Source of the DNA: an uncultured archaeon
Lineage (GTDB): Archaea > Thermoproteota > Bathyarchaeia > Bathyarchaeales > Bathycorpusculaceae
Direction: 5' to 3'
NCBI GenBank assembly: GCA_963782915.1
Contig: CAWALK010000022.1
Coordinates: 160,001-224,000 of the forward strand
DNA: 64,000 nucleotides
Under the pieces are notes generated by a model. It was not told the origin of the DNA and searched no databases. It was given only the letters and a program-made list of their open reading frames with translations. Made by a program: the position numbers and the translations under genes. Shown one piece after another: positions 1 to 9,623 of the stretch (position 1 is the stretch's first letter; each line of letters opens with the position of its first letter).

Positions 1-386
1 ATGCCTTGGATTGGCGCTGCAGTTAAGCCTTCAGTAAAGATTGCCAGTGCAGTTCGAATCGCCTGCTCAGCCAAATGCTCAGGCTCTTTTTCTTCGTCGG
101 TTTGAGCGAATTTGCCTTGAGCGATTTCTTTAGCGGCGTAGAAGGCGATTTCTTCGCGAGGCATCGTCTTGCTAAGTTCTCGGATGCTTAATGCGACGCC
201 TTTGGGACCGACTAGACCCTCGACTAAGTCTGCGATGTCCTGTGCGATGAGACATTCGGTTTTGATGGCTGGGTCTAAACCTTTGGATCTGGCGCTGTCG
301 CTGATGTCATAGAGGCGCTTAAGTTCAGCTTCCATTGTTTCAACGTAGTTGCGGTATCCTTTGCTAATGCCACTGGTAATGTTCAA
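1..386 (-). CDS. polC: DNA polymerase D large subunit DP2, N-terminal part (runs off window)
   Basis: Manual translation from TTG at 386: MNITSGISKGYRNYVETMEAELKRLYDISDSARSKGLDP...IADLVEGLVGP...AIRTALAIFTEGLTAAPIQG, the typical DP2 N-terminus. Confidence 0.92.
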   Translation of the reverse strand, partial: MNITSGISKGYRNYVETMEAELKRLYDISDSARSKGLDPAIKTECLIAQDIADLVEGLVGPKGVALSIRELSKTMPREEIAFYAAKEIAQGKFAQTDEEKEPEHLAEQAIRTALAIFTEGLTAAPIQG

Positions 387-465
387 AGCGACAGCTCACA
401 GCCAAGATATGCGCTGATGGGTATTTTGGGCTTTCTAAAACAAAACAAAAAGAAGCTTGGAACAG

Positions 466-1215
466 CTATGCTTTGCGTTTGATGGCTGTGATTATCTGTG
501 ATATGCGTTCGTTGGCGTCACTGGATTCTGTGAGGTTACCTGTGACGATGATGTCTGCTCCTGCGGAAGCTGCGGCTATGGCTTGTTCTTTGGTTTTTAT
601 ACCGCCGCCGACGATAAGGGGAACATCGATTGCTTGTTTAACTGCTTGAATCATTTCTGGAGGTACAGGATTTGTTGCACCTGAGCCGCCTTCAAGATAG
701 ATGAAGCGCATGCCGAGGTATTGGCCTGCCAATGCGTGGCTAGCTGCAAGATCGGGATTGCTGTAGGGAACTGCGACTGCTTTACCTACTTTGCCGGCCA
801 TTCCGCCGTCTCCAACGATTACGTAGGCCATTGAAATTGGTTCTATTTTGAATTTTTTTATGTAGGGGGCTCCCTTGATTTGGGCGCCCATGAGAAAATA
901 GGGGTCGGCTGAGTTTAGCATGGACATGAACCAGATGGCGTCGGCGTGGCTGCTTATGCCGTTGTGGTTGCCCGGAAAAAGAATAGTCGGAATATCAACA
1001 ACGGATTTTATTGCGCTGACTACATCGTCGAGTTGTTTTTGAGAAGCAACAGTTGAGCCACCAATCATTATGGCGGCTGTTCCGCTGTTTTTGGAGCTCT
1101 CAGCAATTTTTGCAGCGGCTTCAGGGGTTACTTTCTCTGGGTCGATAAGCGTCATATGGATTGAGCCGTCGGCTTTGATTTTATTCAGCAAGTACCGTTC
1201 AATGGGCCCAACCAT
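466..1215 (-). CDS. Geranylgeranylglyceryl phosphate synthase (GGGPS/PcrB family)
   Basis: HMTLIDPEK, IMIGGST, ILFPG, YLEGGSGA, LIVGGGI motifs. Confidence 0.93.
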   Translation of the reverse strand: MVGPIERYLLNKIKADGSIHMTLIDPEKVTPEAAAKIAESSKNSGTAAIMIGGSTVASQKQLDDVVSAIKSVVDIPTILFPGNHNGISSHADAIWFMSMLNSADPYFLMGAQIKGAPYIKKFKIEPISMAYVIVGDGGMAGKVGKAVAVPYSNPDLAASHALAGQYLGMRFIYLEGGSGATNPVPPEMIQAVKQAIDVPLIVGGGIKTKEQAIAAASAGADIIVTGNLTESSDANERISQIITAIKRKA

Positions 1216-1230
1216 TCAGTTATCCTTCAG

Positions 1231-1500
1231 CTACTCTTCTTTGGCCTTAGTTATCGGAGTTCTTTTTTGGTTACCGTAAACTCTGTCTGTTAACATGCAG
1301 TAGACATCTACTTCGCCCTGTGCCTGTTTGACTGTGAATTCTTCTTTCAAACCGCAGCTGCTGCATTGTGCGATGGATCGTCCGCCTTCGTCTCGGAAAA
1401 TTTCTACGCGGACGGTTTCTTTACCGCATCTAGGGCAAGAGAAGAATTTCGGTAAACGTTTCTTTGGAATATGAACTACTTTTTTCCTTCTTCGCCCCAT
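1231..1500 (-). CDS. elf1: Transcription elongation factor Elf1-like zinc ribbon protein
   Basis: MGRRRKK N-terminus, F-x-CPxC...CxxC, VDVY. Confidence 0.9.
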   Translation of the reverse strand: MGRRRKKVVHIPKKRLPKFFSCPRCGKETVRVEIFRDEGGRSIAQCSSCGLKEEFTVKQAQGEVDVYCMLTDRVYGNQKRTPITKAKEE

Positions 1501-1580
1501 ACAAATATCCTTCTACATGGTTTGGATGTGTTCATTAATATTTATGCTTGTGCTTAAATACTTGCCTACTATCCATCACT

Positions 1581-2441
1581 GTGAGGCTGCGTAGAACCTT
1601 GAAGTTAACGCCCGCTGTACTGGACATTGATTTTGCTGAAGCTCAAACAAGGATTTGCCGATTTATCAAAGAATATGTTGAAAACGCCGGAGCCAAAGGC
1701 ATCGTACTTGGATTATCCGGTGGAGTGGACAGCGCAACCGTAGCTGCCCTATCGAGCCTTGCCATTGGAGGAGACAACGTTGTTGCACTACTCATGCCTG
1801 AACAGGAGACGTTTAAGCAAAAAGACGTCGACGACGCCAAAACCATCGCCGACCTGTTCCATCTGCAAACCGTCAACTGTGATATGACCGAAGTGCTGGA
1901 CGGATTCTACAAAAGCATCCCAGCATTCAGCAAGACCGATCGGCTTTGCAAGGGAAATATCAAAGCCCGAACCCGTATGATCTTTCTCTACTATTATGCG
2001 AACAACCAAAATCGCATAGTCGCCGGTACCTCAGACAAATCCGAAACTTACATGGGGTACTTTACTAAATGGGGCGACGCAGCAGCAGACATAACCCCAA
2101 TCATTGACCTGTACAAAACCCAGGTACGTCGGCTAGCCATGCATCTTGGGATTCCAAAGGAACTTGCACTAAAACCCTCTACACCCGCACTTTGGCCCAA
2201 CCAGCTAGCTGAATCGGAACTTGAAATCAAATATGAAACCCTCGACTTGATCCTATATGGCTTGGAACGATTCATGAAACCAGAGGAAATCGCCGAGCAA
2301 CTCAGCATAGACCAAGCCATCGTAGATAAGGTTCAAGCAAGAATACTGTTAAACGAGCATAAACGGCGTATGCCAATGGCCCCTAAGCTTGGGTTCCGAA
2401 CTCCGGGAAACGATTTTAGGCTCCCAAGACACACATACTAA
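1581..2441 (+). CDS. nadE: NAD+ synthetase (single synthetase domain)
   Basis: GLSGGVDS, GNIKARTRM, GYFTKWGD, LYKTQV; start uncertain (GTG 1581 or TTG nearby). Confidence 0.92.
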   Translation: MRLRRTLKLTPAVLDIDFAEAQTRICRFIKEYVENAGAKGIVLGLSGGVDSATVAALSSLAIGGDNVVALLMPEQETFKQKDVDDAKTIADLFHLQTVNCDMTEVLDGFYKSIPAFSKTDRLCKGNIKARTRMIFLYYYANNQNRIVAGTSDKSETYMGYFTKWGDAAADITPIIDLYKTQVRRLAMHLGIPKELALKPSTPALWPNQLAESELEIKYETLDLILYGLERFMKPEEIAEQLSIDQAIVDKVQARILLNEHKRRMPMAPKLGFRTPGNDFRLPRHTY

Positions 2442-2454
2442 AAGTGAAACTGCC

Positions 2455-3288
2455 ATGAAATCTAAAATCAAGCTTGCCCTCTGCCAAATAGCGGCTAAAA
2501 GAGAAAACAAAGCTGCCAACTTGGAGAAAATAGAAGAGTTGACCCTCAAAGCTAAGCAGGAGGGAGCTGATTTAGCGATTTTTCCGGAAATGTGTCTCAC
2601 AGGATATGTGCTGCTCGATCAAGTTTATGGTTTAGCCGAACTCATCCCGGGCCCAAGTATCGCCAAAGTGGAAGCTTTAGCCAAGAAAACAGGCATGCAT
2701 ATCATCTTTGGGATGCCCGAACTCAGCGAAAAGACACAAGCCACCGTCTACAACACCGCCGTATTGGTCGGCCCTAAAGGTTTCATCGGCAAATACCGCA
2801 AAATGTATCTCCCAACACACAGCGTATTCGAAGAAAAACGCTATTTCCGTCCCGGGTATGAACCAGCAGCCTTCCAAACAGAGCTAGGCAGCATCGGGTT
2901 AACGATTTGCTATGACGTTTTCTTCCCAGAAGTGTTTAGGCTACCAAGATTGATGGGTGCACAACTCATAATTTGCATTTCTGCCTCACCAGCGGTGCGC
3001 AGAGGCTACTTTGAGATCCTAACGGCGGCTCGAGCCTTGGAAAACACGGCTTATTTAGCGTATGTGAACCTTGCTGGGGTAGAGGATGGGCTGCAGTTTT
3101 GGGGTGGAAGCCGCCTTGTTGGCCCAACAGGGGACGTTTTAGCTAAAGCGAGGTATGATGATGAGGATTTTGTCGTCTGCGAAGTCGATTTTAGCGATTT
3201 GAGGACCGCTGAAACGTTTATTCCTACGTTGCGGGACCTTAGACCCGAGCTTTATGACCAGCTCAAGCGGCTTTCTGAACAAATTTAG
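2455..3288 (+). CDS. Carbon-nitrogen hydrolase (nitrilase family)
   Basis: Catalytic E-K-C triad in FPEM, YRKM, ICYD; ATG at 2455 just after nadE. Confidence 0.9.
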   Translation: MKSKIKLALCQIAAKRENKAANLEKIEELTLKAKQEGADLAIFPEMCLTGYVLLDQVYGLAELIPGPSIAKVEALAKKTGMHIIFGMPELSEKTQATVYNTAVLVGPKGFIGKYRKMYLPTHSVFEEKRYFRPGYEPAAFQTELGSIGLTICYDVFFPEVFRLPRLMGAQLIICISASPAVRRGYFEILTAARALENTAYLAYVNLAGVEDGLQFWGGSRLVGPTGDVLAKARYDDEDFVVCEVDFSDLRTAETFIPTLRDLRPELYDQLKRLSEQI

Positions 3289-3292
3289 CACC

Positions 3293-3420
3293 TCACAGTG
3301 TAATCTCCATGTTGGAGAAGGTATCACAGGTGCATCACAGGGCGTGATATCAAGTGATTTAGGGCTAAAATCACGCTTTTTTGGTGACATCACGGTGTTT
3401 CTTCATGCGGTCACATGTGA
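3293..3420. repeat. TCAC/GTGA motif array A
   Basis: TCAC at 3293, 3324, 3335, 3371, 3390, 3411; GTGA at 3344, 3354, 3384, 3417. Confidence 0.75.
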
Positions 3421-3765
3421 GATGCGCTTGTAAAAGTGTGTTTTAATGCTAGATCAGCAGGTTAGAACTGTGTGCTATTTCGTTAAGAATGTAAAAATTC
3501 GGCGGGTAACAGGTTTGGGGTGTTTGCAAAAGTGCATTTTTTATGTAAAGTTCCGGCACCTTGGACGAAAAAATTACCGAGATTATAGCCTTTATTATGT
3601 TAACTGTACCAAAATACCACCTAATCATCAAACTGTCCCATATTTGGGCTTTGTTTGAGTTTATAGCGTTGATTTGCCTGCATTAATACAGTGGTTTTGG
3701 GGTTCAGAGGGGGGTCTAAAGGATAAAAACTCGGGTTAGTATACAAATCCGTATTCATTTGGACT

Positions 3766-4263
3766 ATGGAGGATAGAGGAGATTTGAAGCTAAAAGACGG
3801 TGTAACAGCATGGTTAAACGGGGCTCTAAACGACCCCATTGTACAAATACTGGCTAAAAATAGCCACTTAACTAAAACACAACTGGAAACTCTACTAATA
3901 AACGTTTTAAGCGAAAATATAGCAGGCAAACAGCTAAAGTACGATGAAAAAGCAGCATTAAGGCTAACAAGGGCTAAAATAAGCCGAGGATCGTTTAATA
4001 GGACGTTAAAACAGTCTAATGAAAACGTCATTAAATCCATCTACACAGTGCTACTTTTAGGTTATTTGGGTGTTTTTGAGACCACAACTCTCGACCCGTA
4101 CCTCGAGATAGCCAATAAACTCCACGAATATGTCGAGGCTCACCAGGATATGCCCAACAAAGAAGAGGAACTAAAAGACCACCTAAAAGTCATAGAAATC
4201 ATCAGAAATGAGCTTGAAACGAGCCTAAAACGGCTTTCTAGCCCATCAGAAGAGCTCCTGTGA
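3766..4263 (+). CDS. Uncharacterised protein, probable HTH-like DNA-binding (ISRGSFNRTLKQ)
   Basis: 165-aa ORF; helical segment resembling an HTH recognition helix; function inferred. Confidence 0.7.
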   Translation: MEDRGDLKLKDGVTAWLNGALNDPIVQILAKNSHLTKTQLETLLINVLSENIAGKQLKYDEKAALRLTRAKISRGSFNRTLKQSNENVIKSIYTVLLLGYLGVFETTTLDPYLEIANKLHEYVEAHQDMPNKEEELKDHLKVIEIIRNELETSLKRLSSPSEELL

Positions 4264-4604
4264 CGTCACAAATCACAGTTTTTCCCATCATTTTTTGTTC
4301 ATTTTCAGGAAGTAAATCACACATCACACATACCCAATATTCAAGGGTTTTTTTGTAAAATAAGCCTAAACTGAACAGTCTCTTAACCCATGAATAAGCA
4401 TCAAGATAAGCCATTATACGTGTTCTGTGATGTGTGACGTCATAGTTAACATGGAAAGATGTCACCGATAACCTTAAATTTCCATGGAGAATACTGTGAT
4501 GTGTGATGCAACCGCTAAAATCACGTGAAATCACGGTAATCACAAGAGAATCACGGTAGCGTCACGATTAAATCACAGGGGAAGAACATCACGGTTGACC
4601 TCAC
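4259..4604. repeat. ATCAC/GTCAC motif array B with ~10-11 bp phasing
   Basis: Palindrome TGTGACGTCACA 4259-4270; TGTGATGTGTGA at 4426 and 4495, inverted at 4317; TCAC at 4521, 4531, 4540, 4551, 4562, 4573, 4589, 4601. Confidence 0.85.
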
Positions 4605-5430
4605 AGTAGTAATCTTTGGCGTATTATTGGCAGTAACAGCGGTAGCATCGTATGAATACTACCGCCAAATACGCAGGGTCCACAGTGAATTCGAGGCAAC
4701 TCATTTGCAATATGAAAAAAGCCGCCAAGAATACGAGAAAGCCAAAGATTTCATCGAAGATATAGTGCTAAGTTTCGACCGTGAACTAAAACGGGAATCA
4801 GGCAAATTTGACACTATGGTGTCCAAAGTGGAAGCCAGCTACAGCACAGCAGATGCTAGCTACCGAAAAGCCGAAAAAATAGAAAACAAGATTGAGCCAC
4901 TGGAAACTCAGCTTGTCGCCCTTAACCAATCACATCAAGAGATGTCACAGTCTGTCACAGAGAACTTGGCAGAAAATACGCAAAACAACACCAACCTCAA
5001 AAATGAAGTAAACTCTGAATTGTCCAGTTTAGAAGCAAAACTCCAAGACCTAATAGCTACACAGGAAACAATCAAAAACAGAATCACAGGCTTCGAAGAG
5101 CAAATCCAGAAACTATCCGTTGCACCTCCACCACAGGAAACCAGAACTGAAATGGTGCTGCCGGTTGTACCCATCAGACGGGACAAAGCCTTAGCAGCCC
5201 TAACTGACACAGAAATCGCAGTACTGGAAATGCTATCTAAGGAGGGTGCGAAGACTGCTCCGGAAATTAAAGAGAGAGTGCATCTCAGTAGAGAGCACAC
5301 GGCTCGGTTGATGAAGAAGATCTATGAGGAAGGTTATGTGGAGAGGGAAGCGGGGAAGATTCCTTTCCGTTATACGATTAAGAAGGAAATGGAAGCTTTG
5401 CTGCAGAAAGCTGAACCTCCAACAACATAG
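4588..5430 (+). CDS. Membrane-anchored coiled-coil protein with C-terminal winged helix
   Basis: Frame open upstream of TTG 4627 gives ITVDLTVVIFGVLLAVTAVASYEYY (TM helix), then heptad-rich region, PPPQ linker and wHTH (LTDTEIAVLEML...LSREHTARLMKKIYEEGYVER); ATC start at 4588 is inferred. Confidence 0.75.
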   Translation: MTVDLTVVIFGVLLAVTAVASYEYYRQIRRVHSEFEATHLQYEKSRQEYEKAKDFIEDIVLSFDRELKRESGKFDTMVSKVEASYSTADASYRKAEKIENKIEPLETQLVALNQSHQEMSQSVTENLAENTQNNTNLKNEVNSELSSLEAKLQDLIATQETIKNRITGFEEQIQKLSVAPPPQETRTEMVLPVVPIRRDKALAALTDTEIAVLEMLSKEGAKTAPEIKERVHLSREHTARLMKKIYEEGYVEREAGKIPFRYTIKKEMEALLQKAEPPTT

Positions 5431-5453
5431 TAAAAAATTTCATTTTTTCTTGA

Positions 5454-5520
5454 TTCACAAGCTGGGCTGTAGTGTGAAGTACTGTGAACGGATTGTGAAC
5501 CTTTGTGAAGGGCGTGTGAA
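5454..5520. repeat. GTGAA array C with 10.5 bp periodicity
   Basis: GTGAA at 5474, 5484, 5495, 5505, 5516 (spacings 10, 11, 10, 11) plus inverted TTCAC at 5454. Confidence 0.85.
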
Positions 5521-5955
5521 CTACTTTATTATACGTTGTTTAATTGCCTGTGGAATGTTTGGAGCAGTCTTATACTTCAGGCTGTTTGAAGTGCCAGTCC
5601 TCATCAGCATACCTTTTGCAGCCATTCTTGAGAGGTAAGTGGATACTGTGCTTAAGCTAACTGGCTCTTTGAGTTCCTGCTCATAGATTGATTGAATATC
5701 TTTAGAAGAGAACCAAATCAATGGAAAGTTCTTTTGGATAACTGCTTGGACTTTCTCAAAACGGGACAAAGACTTGTCATTAGGCATGGCTGGGCTATTG
5801 GTTACTGTTGGATTTTCACCTGGTGCGCCGCCTAGCAATTCAACAAGATCAAGTAGCCGCAGAGCTTTATCGCGGGTCACTTGACCCTCGAATGCAATGG
5901 TGTATCGATTACCATCGCTATCGAACAGCTCTACGCGCATTTTACGAGCCGGCAC
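5521..5955 (-). CDS. Uncharacterised protein with N-terminal beta-domain and C-terminal winged helix
   Basis: FSSKDIQSIYEQELKEPVSLSTVSTYLSRMAAKGMLMR resembles a BlaI/wHTH fold. Confidence 0.75.
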   Translation of the reverse strand: MPARKMRVELFDSDGNRYTIAFEGQVTRDKALRLLDLVELLGGAPGENPTVTNSPAMPNDKSLSRFEKVQAVIQKNFPLIWFSSKDIQSIYEQELKEPVSLSTVSTYLSRMAAKGMLMRTGTSNSLKYKTAPNIPQAIKQRIIK

Positions 5956-5973
5956 TTAGTTACACCTAGGTTG

Positions 5974-6285
5974 TTCACAACCTTAGGACTTCACACCTTA
6001 TAACTGTGATGGTGAAGCAGGGCAATAAAATACGCTTGATTTATGCTTCTTATTGCTTATTGACTGTTATTTGGATTGTTTCTGGTATTACCAGCTTCAC
6101 AGAAAAGTGAACGGTTAAAAACATTATCTTTACGGGTTGGATTGGGTTTTCCAGTAGAAGTCAAGGGGTGCCTCATTCACTGTTAACAGACAGAATTAGG
6201 GTAATTTCCAGAGAAAGGGGCTTGTTAAAGCAGCAGATTTATTGTTATTTCACAGGTATTCACAGTTTTGTGAATGTGAAGTGAA
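5974..6285. repeat. TTCAC/GTGAA motif cluster D, overlapping the origin's left flank
   Basis: TTCAC at 5974, 5990, 6096, 6176, 6249, 6259; GTGAA at 6012, 6107, 6270, 6276, 6281. Confidence 0.7.
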
Positions 6286-6730
6286 GGCAAACTTGGCAGA
6301 AAAAATTGCTTGGAGACCCTTTGTCTAAGTTCCAAGTTGGCCATGACTTGTAAAGGAAGCTAATCGGTGATTTTCGGTTGTTTTCCCATGGATTTAGCGC
6401 TTGACAGACACCCCTATGTTTCCTCTCGAGGATTTTGGGGCAAAAAAGAAGTCTGGAGGGGCTGAAAAAAGATATTCAGAAGTTCTGTTTAATTTCTTGG
6501 ATAGTAATCATTAATATATATAATTACAATTTACCACTCAGAGTATATTATTATATATAGTTATTATATGGGTGTTAGTTATAGCGACTTTTTTCTCCAG
6601 TAGAAACCTTGGGGTGCGTGTATCTTTGGTTTGCTTGGTTGTTATCGCTTGTTTTTATCTTCTTTTAGGATAGTTGTTGTTCTAAACCAGTTTTTTGTAG
6701 TGTATCCTTTATCTGTTCCACACGAAATAA
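6149..6730. other. Replication origin oriC (ORB elements flanking an AT-rich DUE)
   Basis: ORB-like TTCCAGTAGAAGTCAAGGGGT 6149-6169(+), TTCCAGAGAAAGGGG 6206-6220(+), CTCGAGAGGAAACATAGGGGT 6410-6430(-), CTCCAGTAGAAACCTTGGGGT 6595-6615(+), mini-ORB GTTCCACACGAAA at 6715; AT-rich tract ~6488-6570; directly upstream of cdc6. Confidence 0.88.
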
Positions 6731-6764
6731 CGGTTGTACCTCTGTAGAAGAGGGCGTGGGCAAA

Positions 6765-8001
6765 ATGGGAAATTCAAGCGTATTAGATGATGTATTCGAT
6801 AATTTCGTTAAATGGGGCAAAGCTCTTCAAAGACAGAGAAGTCCTAAGGCATGATTACCTTCCGGAACGGCTTCCCCACAGAGAAGACCAAATACGACTT
6901 TTGGGTGCCACGGTAGCTCCAGTTCTAAGGGATGCCCGATGCTCAAACATTTTCATTTACGGTAAAACTGGAACAGGAAAAACAGCAGTCGCAAAATATG
7001 TCCTCAGCCACTTGGAATCAAAAGCTAAAGAATACGGTGCCCAAGTAAAATTCTGCTACATAAACTGCCGCATGACTGGCTCCGAATACCGTGTTTTCGC
7101 TGCCCTTAGCCAAAGTTTAGGTTTAACAATTCCCTTCACCGGTTTATCCGTCGGCGAAGTCTTTGACAGATTCCGCTCTGGACTAGACCAATCCCACATA
7201 ATCTTCATAATAGTTCTCGATGAAGTCGACGCCTTAATCAAAGACAAAGGCGACGCCTTCATGTATGAATTAACCAGAATAAACGAGACGCTAAGCAAAA
7301 GCAAGGTCTCTATCATTGGCATATCCAACGATTTGCGCCTAAAAGAATTCCTTGATCCCAGAGTCTTCAGTTCGCTTAGCGAAGAAGAATTAGTCTTCAG
7401 ACCCTATGACGCCGCTGAGCTGCGGAATATTTTGCTTGAACGCTCAAAAATCGCATTCCAAGACGGCGTACTATCCGATTCAGCCTTAAGCATTTCTTCC
7501 GCGTTGGCAGCAGCTGAGCATGGCGATGCGAGACGCGCATTAGACCTGCTGCGAGTAGCTGGCGAGGTTGCTGAACGTATAGGCGCAAAAACCATCACAG
7601 AAGAACATGTTCGTCAAGCTGAAAAACACATCGAACATAACCGAGTTATAGAAGCCCTCAAAAACTTGACCCTGCACTCAAAACTGGTGTTGCTAAGTGT
7701 TTATCATCTCAACAAGCCAAGTGCAACCACAGGCGAAATCTATGATATCTACAATGAATTGTGCGGGGAAATGGGCGCTGGACTCTTAACCCAACGAAGA
7801 CTGGGCACACTAGTCAACGAACTTGACTCTATGGGGCTTGTGAACGCGAGAGTCGTAAGCATGGGCAGATATGGCAGAACCAAAAAGATTCGACTTGAAA
7901 TTGCCCGAGGAATAATCCGAGACGTCTTCGGCACCGACAACCGCTTCAGCCAACTTCTCGAGTACTCACCTAAAACTACGCATAAACACTCTGAAAGCTA
8001 A
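6765..8001 (+). CDS. cdc6: Orc1/Cdc6 replication initiator (apparent 1-nt insertion near 6810)
   Basis: GKTGTGKT Walker A, LDEVD Walker B, GDARRALDLL, C-terminal wHTH with GRYGRT; ATG 6765 gives MGNSSVLDDVFDNFV then the frame shifts at GTTAAATGGG. Confidence 0.95.
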
Positions 8002-8006
8002 GGCTG

Positions 8007-9623
8007 CTACATAAAATCGAGCACAACTGTCTCCATCGTCTGCAGGTTCACAACGGGCACTTTACCTGGCGTGGGAACCAACCCTAATTTTTCCATGTAA
8101 TCCGTTTGTTCTTGCCAGCCGCCTGAATTTACTACGAGGACCCCGCGGTAGTTGCAGTAGCCTAAGACGTGGATGTGTCCTGCATGGAAGATGTCGGGGA
8201 CTTTGTCGACTACGAGGTAATCTCTGTTTTCTGGAGATAACATTGTTTTTCCGCCATAGAGAGGTGCTAAATGGCGGCTTTGCATGAGTAGGCGCATGGA
8301 TTTCTCTGGGTGACTGTGGTCCATGCCTGGAATGACTGAGACTATGTCGTCTAAGCTTCTGCCATGGTACATGAGGACTTCAACGCCATGTATGCTGAGT
8401 AGGCAGGGGCTGCCGACGGAGTGGATGTTTGGTTTGTCCCTGATTGCGGTTAGGTACCCTTCTGGGATGGCTGGTTGAGGCAGGGATTTGCGTGCTGCAT
8501 CATGGTTTCCAGGCGAGAGAACAATTTCAATGTATTTTGGAACCTTCTCGAGGTATTTGATAGCAAAGTCGTACTGCTTATGCACATCGCGAATTGTAAG
8601 TTCCAACTGTTGCCCAGGATAGATTCCAACACCATCCACGATGTCTCCTGCGACTAAGAGGTATTTTACTCGTCCAGCGATTTCCCGCATTTCAGGTGAT
8701 CCATATTTTCCCCGTAGCCACATTATGAAGCGTTTGAAAGCTTCCTTGGTGAACTTGGTGCTGCCAATATGGATGTCCGAAGTCAGGACAGCGTAGACGG
8801 GTTCCTGTGCCCGCTGGGGTGTCTTTCTGCCTACTTCGGGAAAAATTATGTCCTCAGCCATCAGCAGATTCGTTCTTGTTTTAATGACCGCTGCACAGAA
8901 GACGGTGTCTGGGAGAAGCTGCAGTGCTTTTCTTTTTACCTCTTCAGGAGCTTTCTGCGGAATAAGTATAGTTGCGTTCCCATTAAGGTCTTCAACTGAG
9001 AGTATGGTGTTGTTTTTGGAGTCCCGCTTCTCGGTTAGCATGCAGATGATTTTCATTTTTGTTTTCGGCTGAGACTTTAGCGCTTCAGCGATGGGTGTAG
9101 CTGCCCTAACATCCATTCTTGAACGCAGCAATTTCTCTATGCGTTTGAAGCGGTCTTGGAAGAGCCCCACGTATTCGTCGAGGGTGCCGTTGGAGGTGAG
9201 TTTGCCTGTGGCGTCCTCGAGGATTTTGAGGTCTGAGGGTATGTCTTTGGCGTATGGGTAGAAGTAGCCTGCTTCGTCGGTGGCGTTTATGGTTGGGGCG
9301 GAGTAGTTTTCGGTTTGTTGCTGGGGTGTATATGTTTGGGTGTGTTCTGGGATTGCTTTAGCGTTGGCTTGCTCTTGTTGTGCGATGGCTTTCTGCATCT
9401 CTGCAACCGCTAATTGATGAATAACTGCTACTAGTTTGTCTCGGTCGATAAACATGGGTTTATCATCTAGCGAGGCTAGCTGCAATAGCGCCATGTTTAT
9501 GACGGCTTCGGGGTCCATGGTGTCTGCGTTTTGGATGAGGAACTCAAAGGCTTCGCTGTTAAGCTGATAGCCTGCAGCCATTGTTGCTTCAATTGCTCTT
9601 TGGAGTCTCTCTTGTGTACTCAT
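8007..9623 (-). CDS. polB: DNA polymerase D small subunit DP1 (3'-5' exonuclease)
   Basis: SDIHIGS, AGDIVDG, PGNHD, YHGRS, RHLAP, HAGHIH calcineurin-like motifs plus OB fold. Confidence 0.95.
   Translation of the reverse strand: MSTQERLQRAIEATMAAGYQLNSEAFEFLIQNADTMDPEAVINMALLQLASLDDKPMFIDRDKLVAVIHQLAVAEMQKAIAQQEQANAKAIPEHTQTYTPQQQTENYSAPTINATDEAGYFYPYAKDIPSDLKILEDATGKLTSNGTLDEYVGLFQDRFKRIEKLLRSRMDVRAATPIAEALKSQPKTKMKIICMLTEKRDSKNNTILSVEDLNGNATILIPQKAPEEVKRKALQLLPDTVFCAAVIKTRTNLLMAEDIIFPEVGRKTPQRAQEPVYAVLTSDIHIGSTKFTKEAFKRFIMWLRGKYGSPEMREIAGRVKYLLVAGDIVDGVGIYPGQQLELTIRDVHKQYDFAIKYLEKVPKYIEIVLSPGNHDAARKSLPQPAIPEGYLTAIRDKPNIHSVGSPCLLSIHGVEVLMYHGRSLDDIVSVIPGMDHSHPEKSMRLLMQSRHLAPLYGGKTMLSPENRDYLVVDKVPDIFHAGHIHVLGYCNYRGVLVVNSGGWQEQTDYMEKLGLVPTPGKVPVVNLQTMETVVLDFM

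Noticed and set aside
3293-6285. TCAC arrays as a CRISPR array
   Set aside because: The repeat is only 4-5 bp with ~6-bp spacers in both orientations; no cas genes
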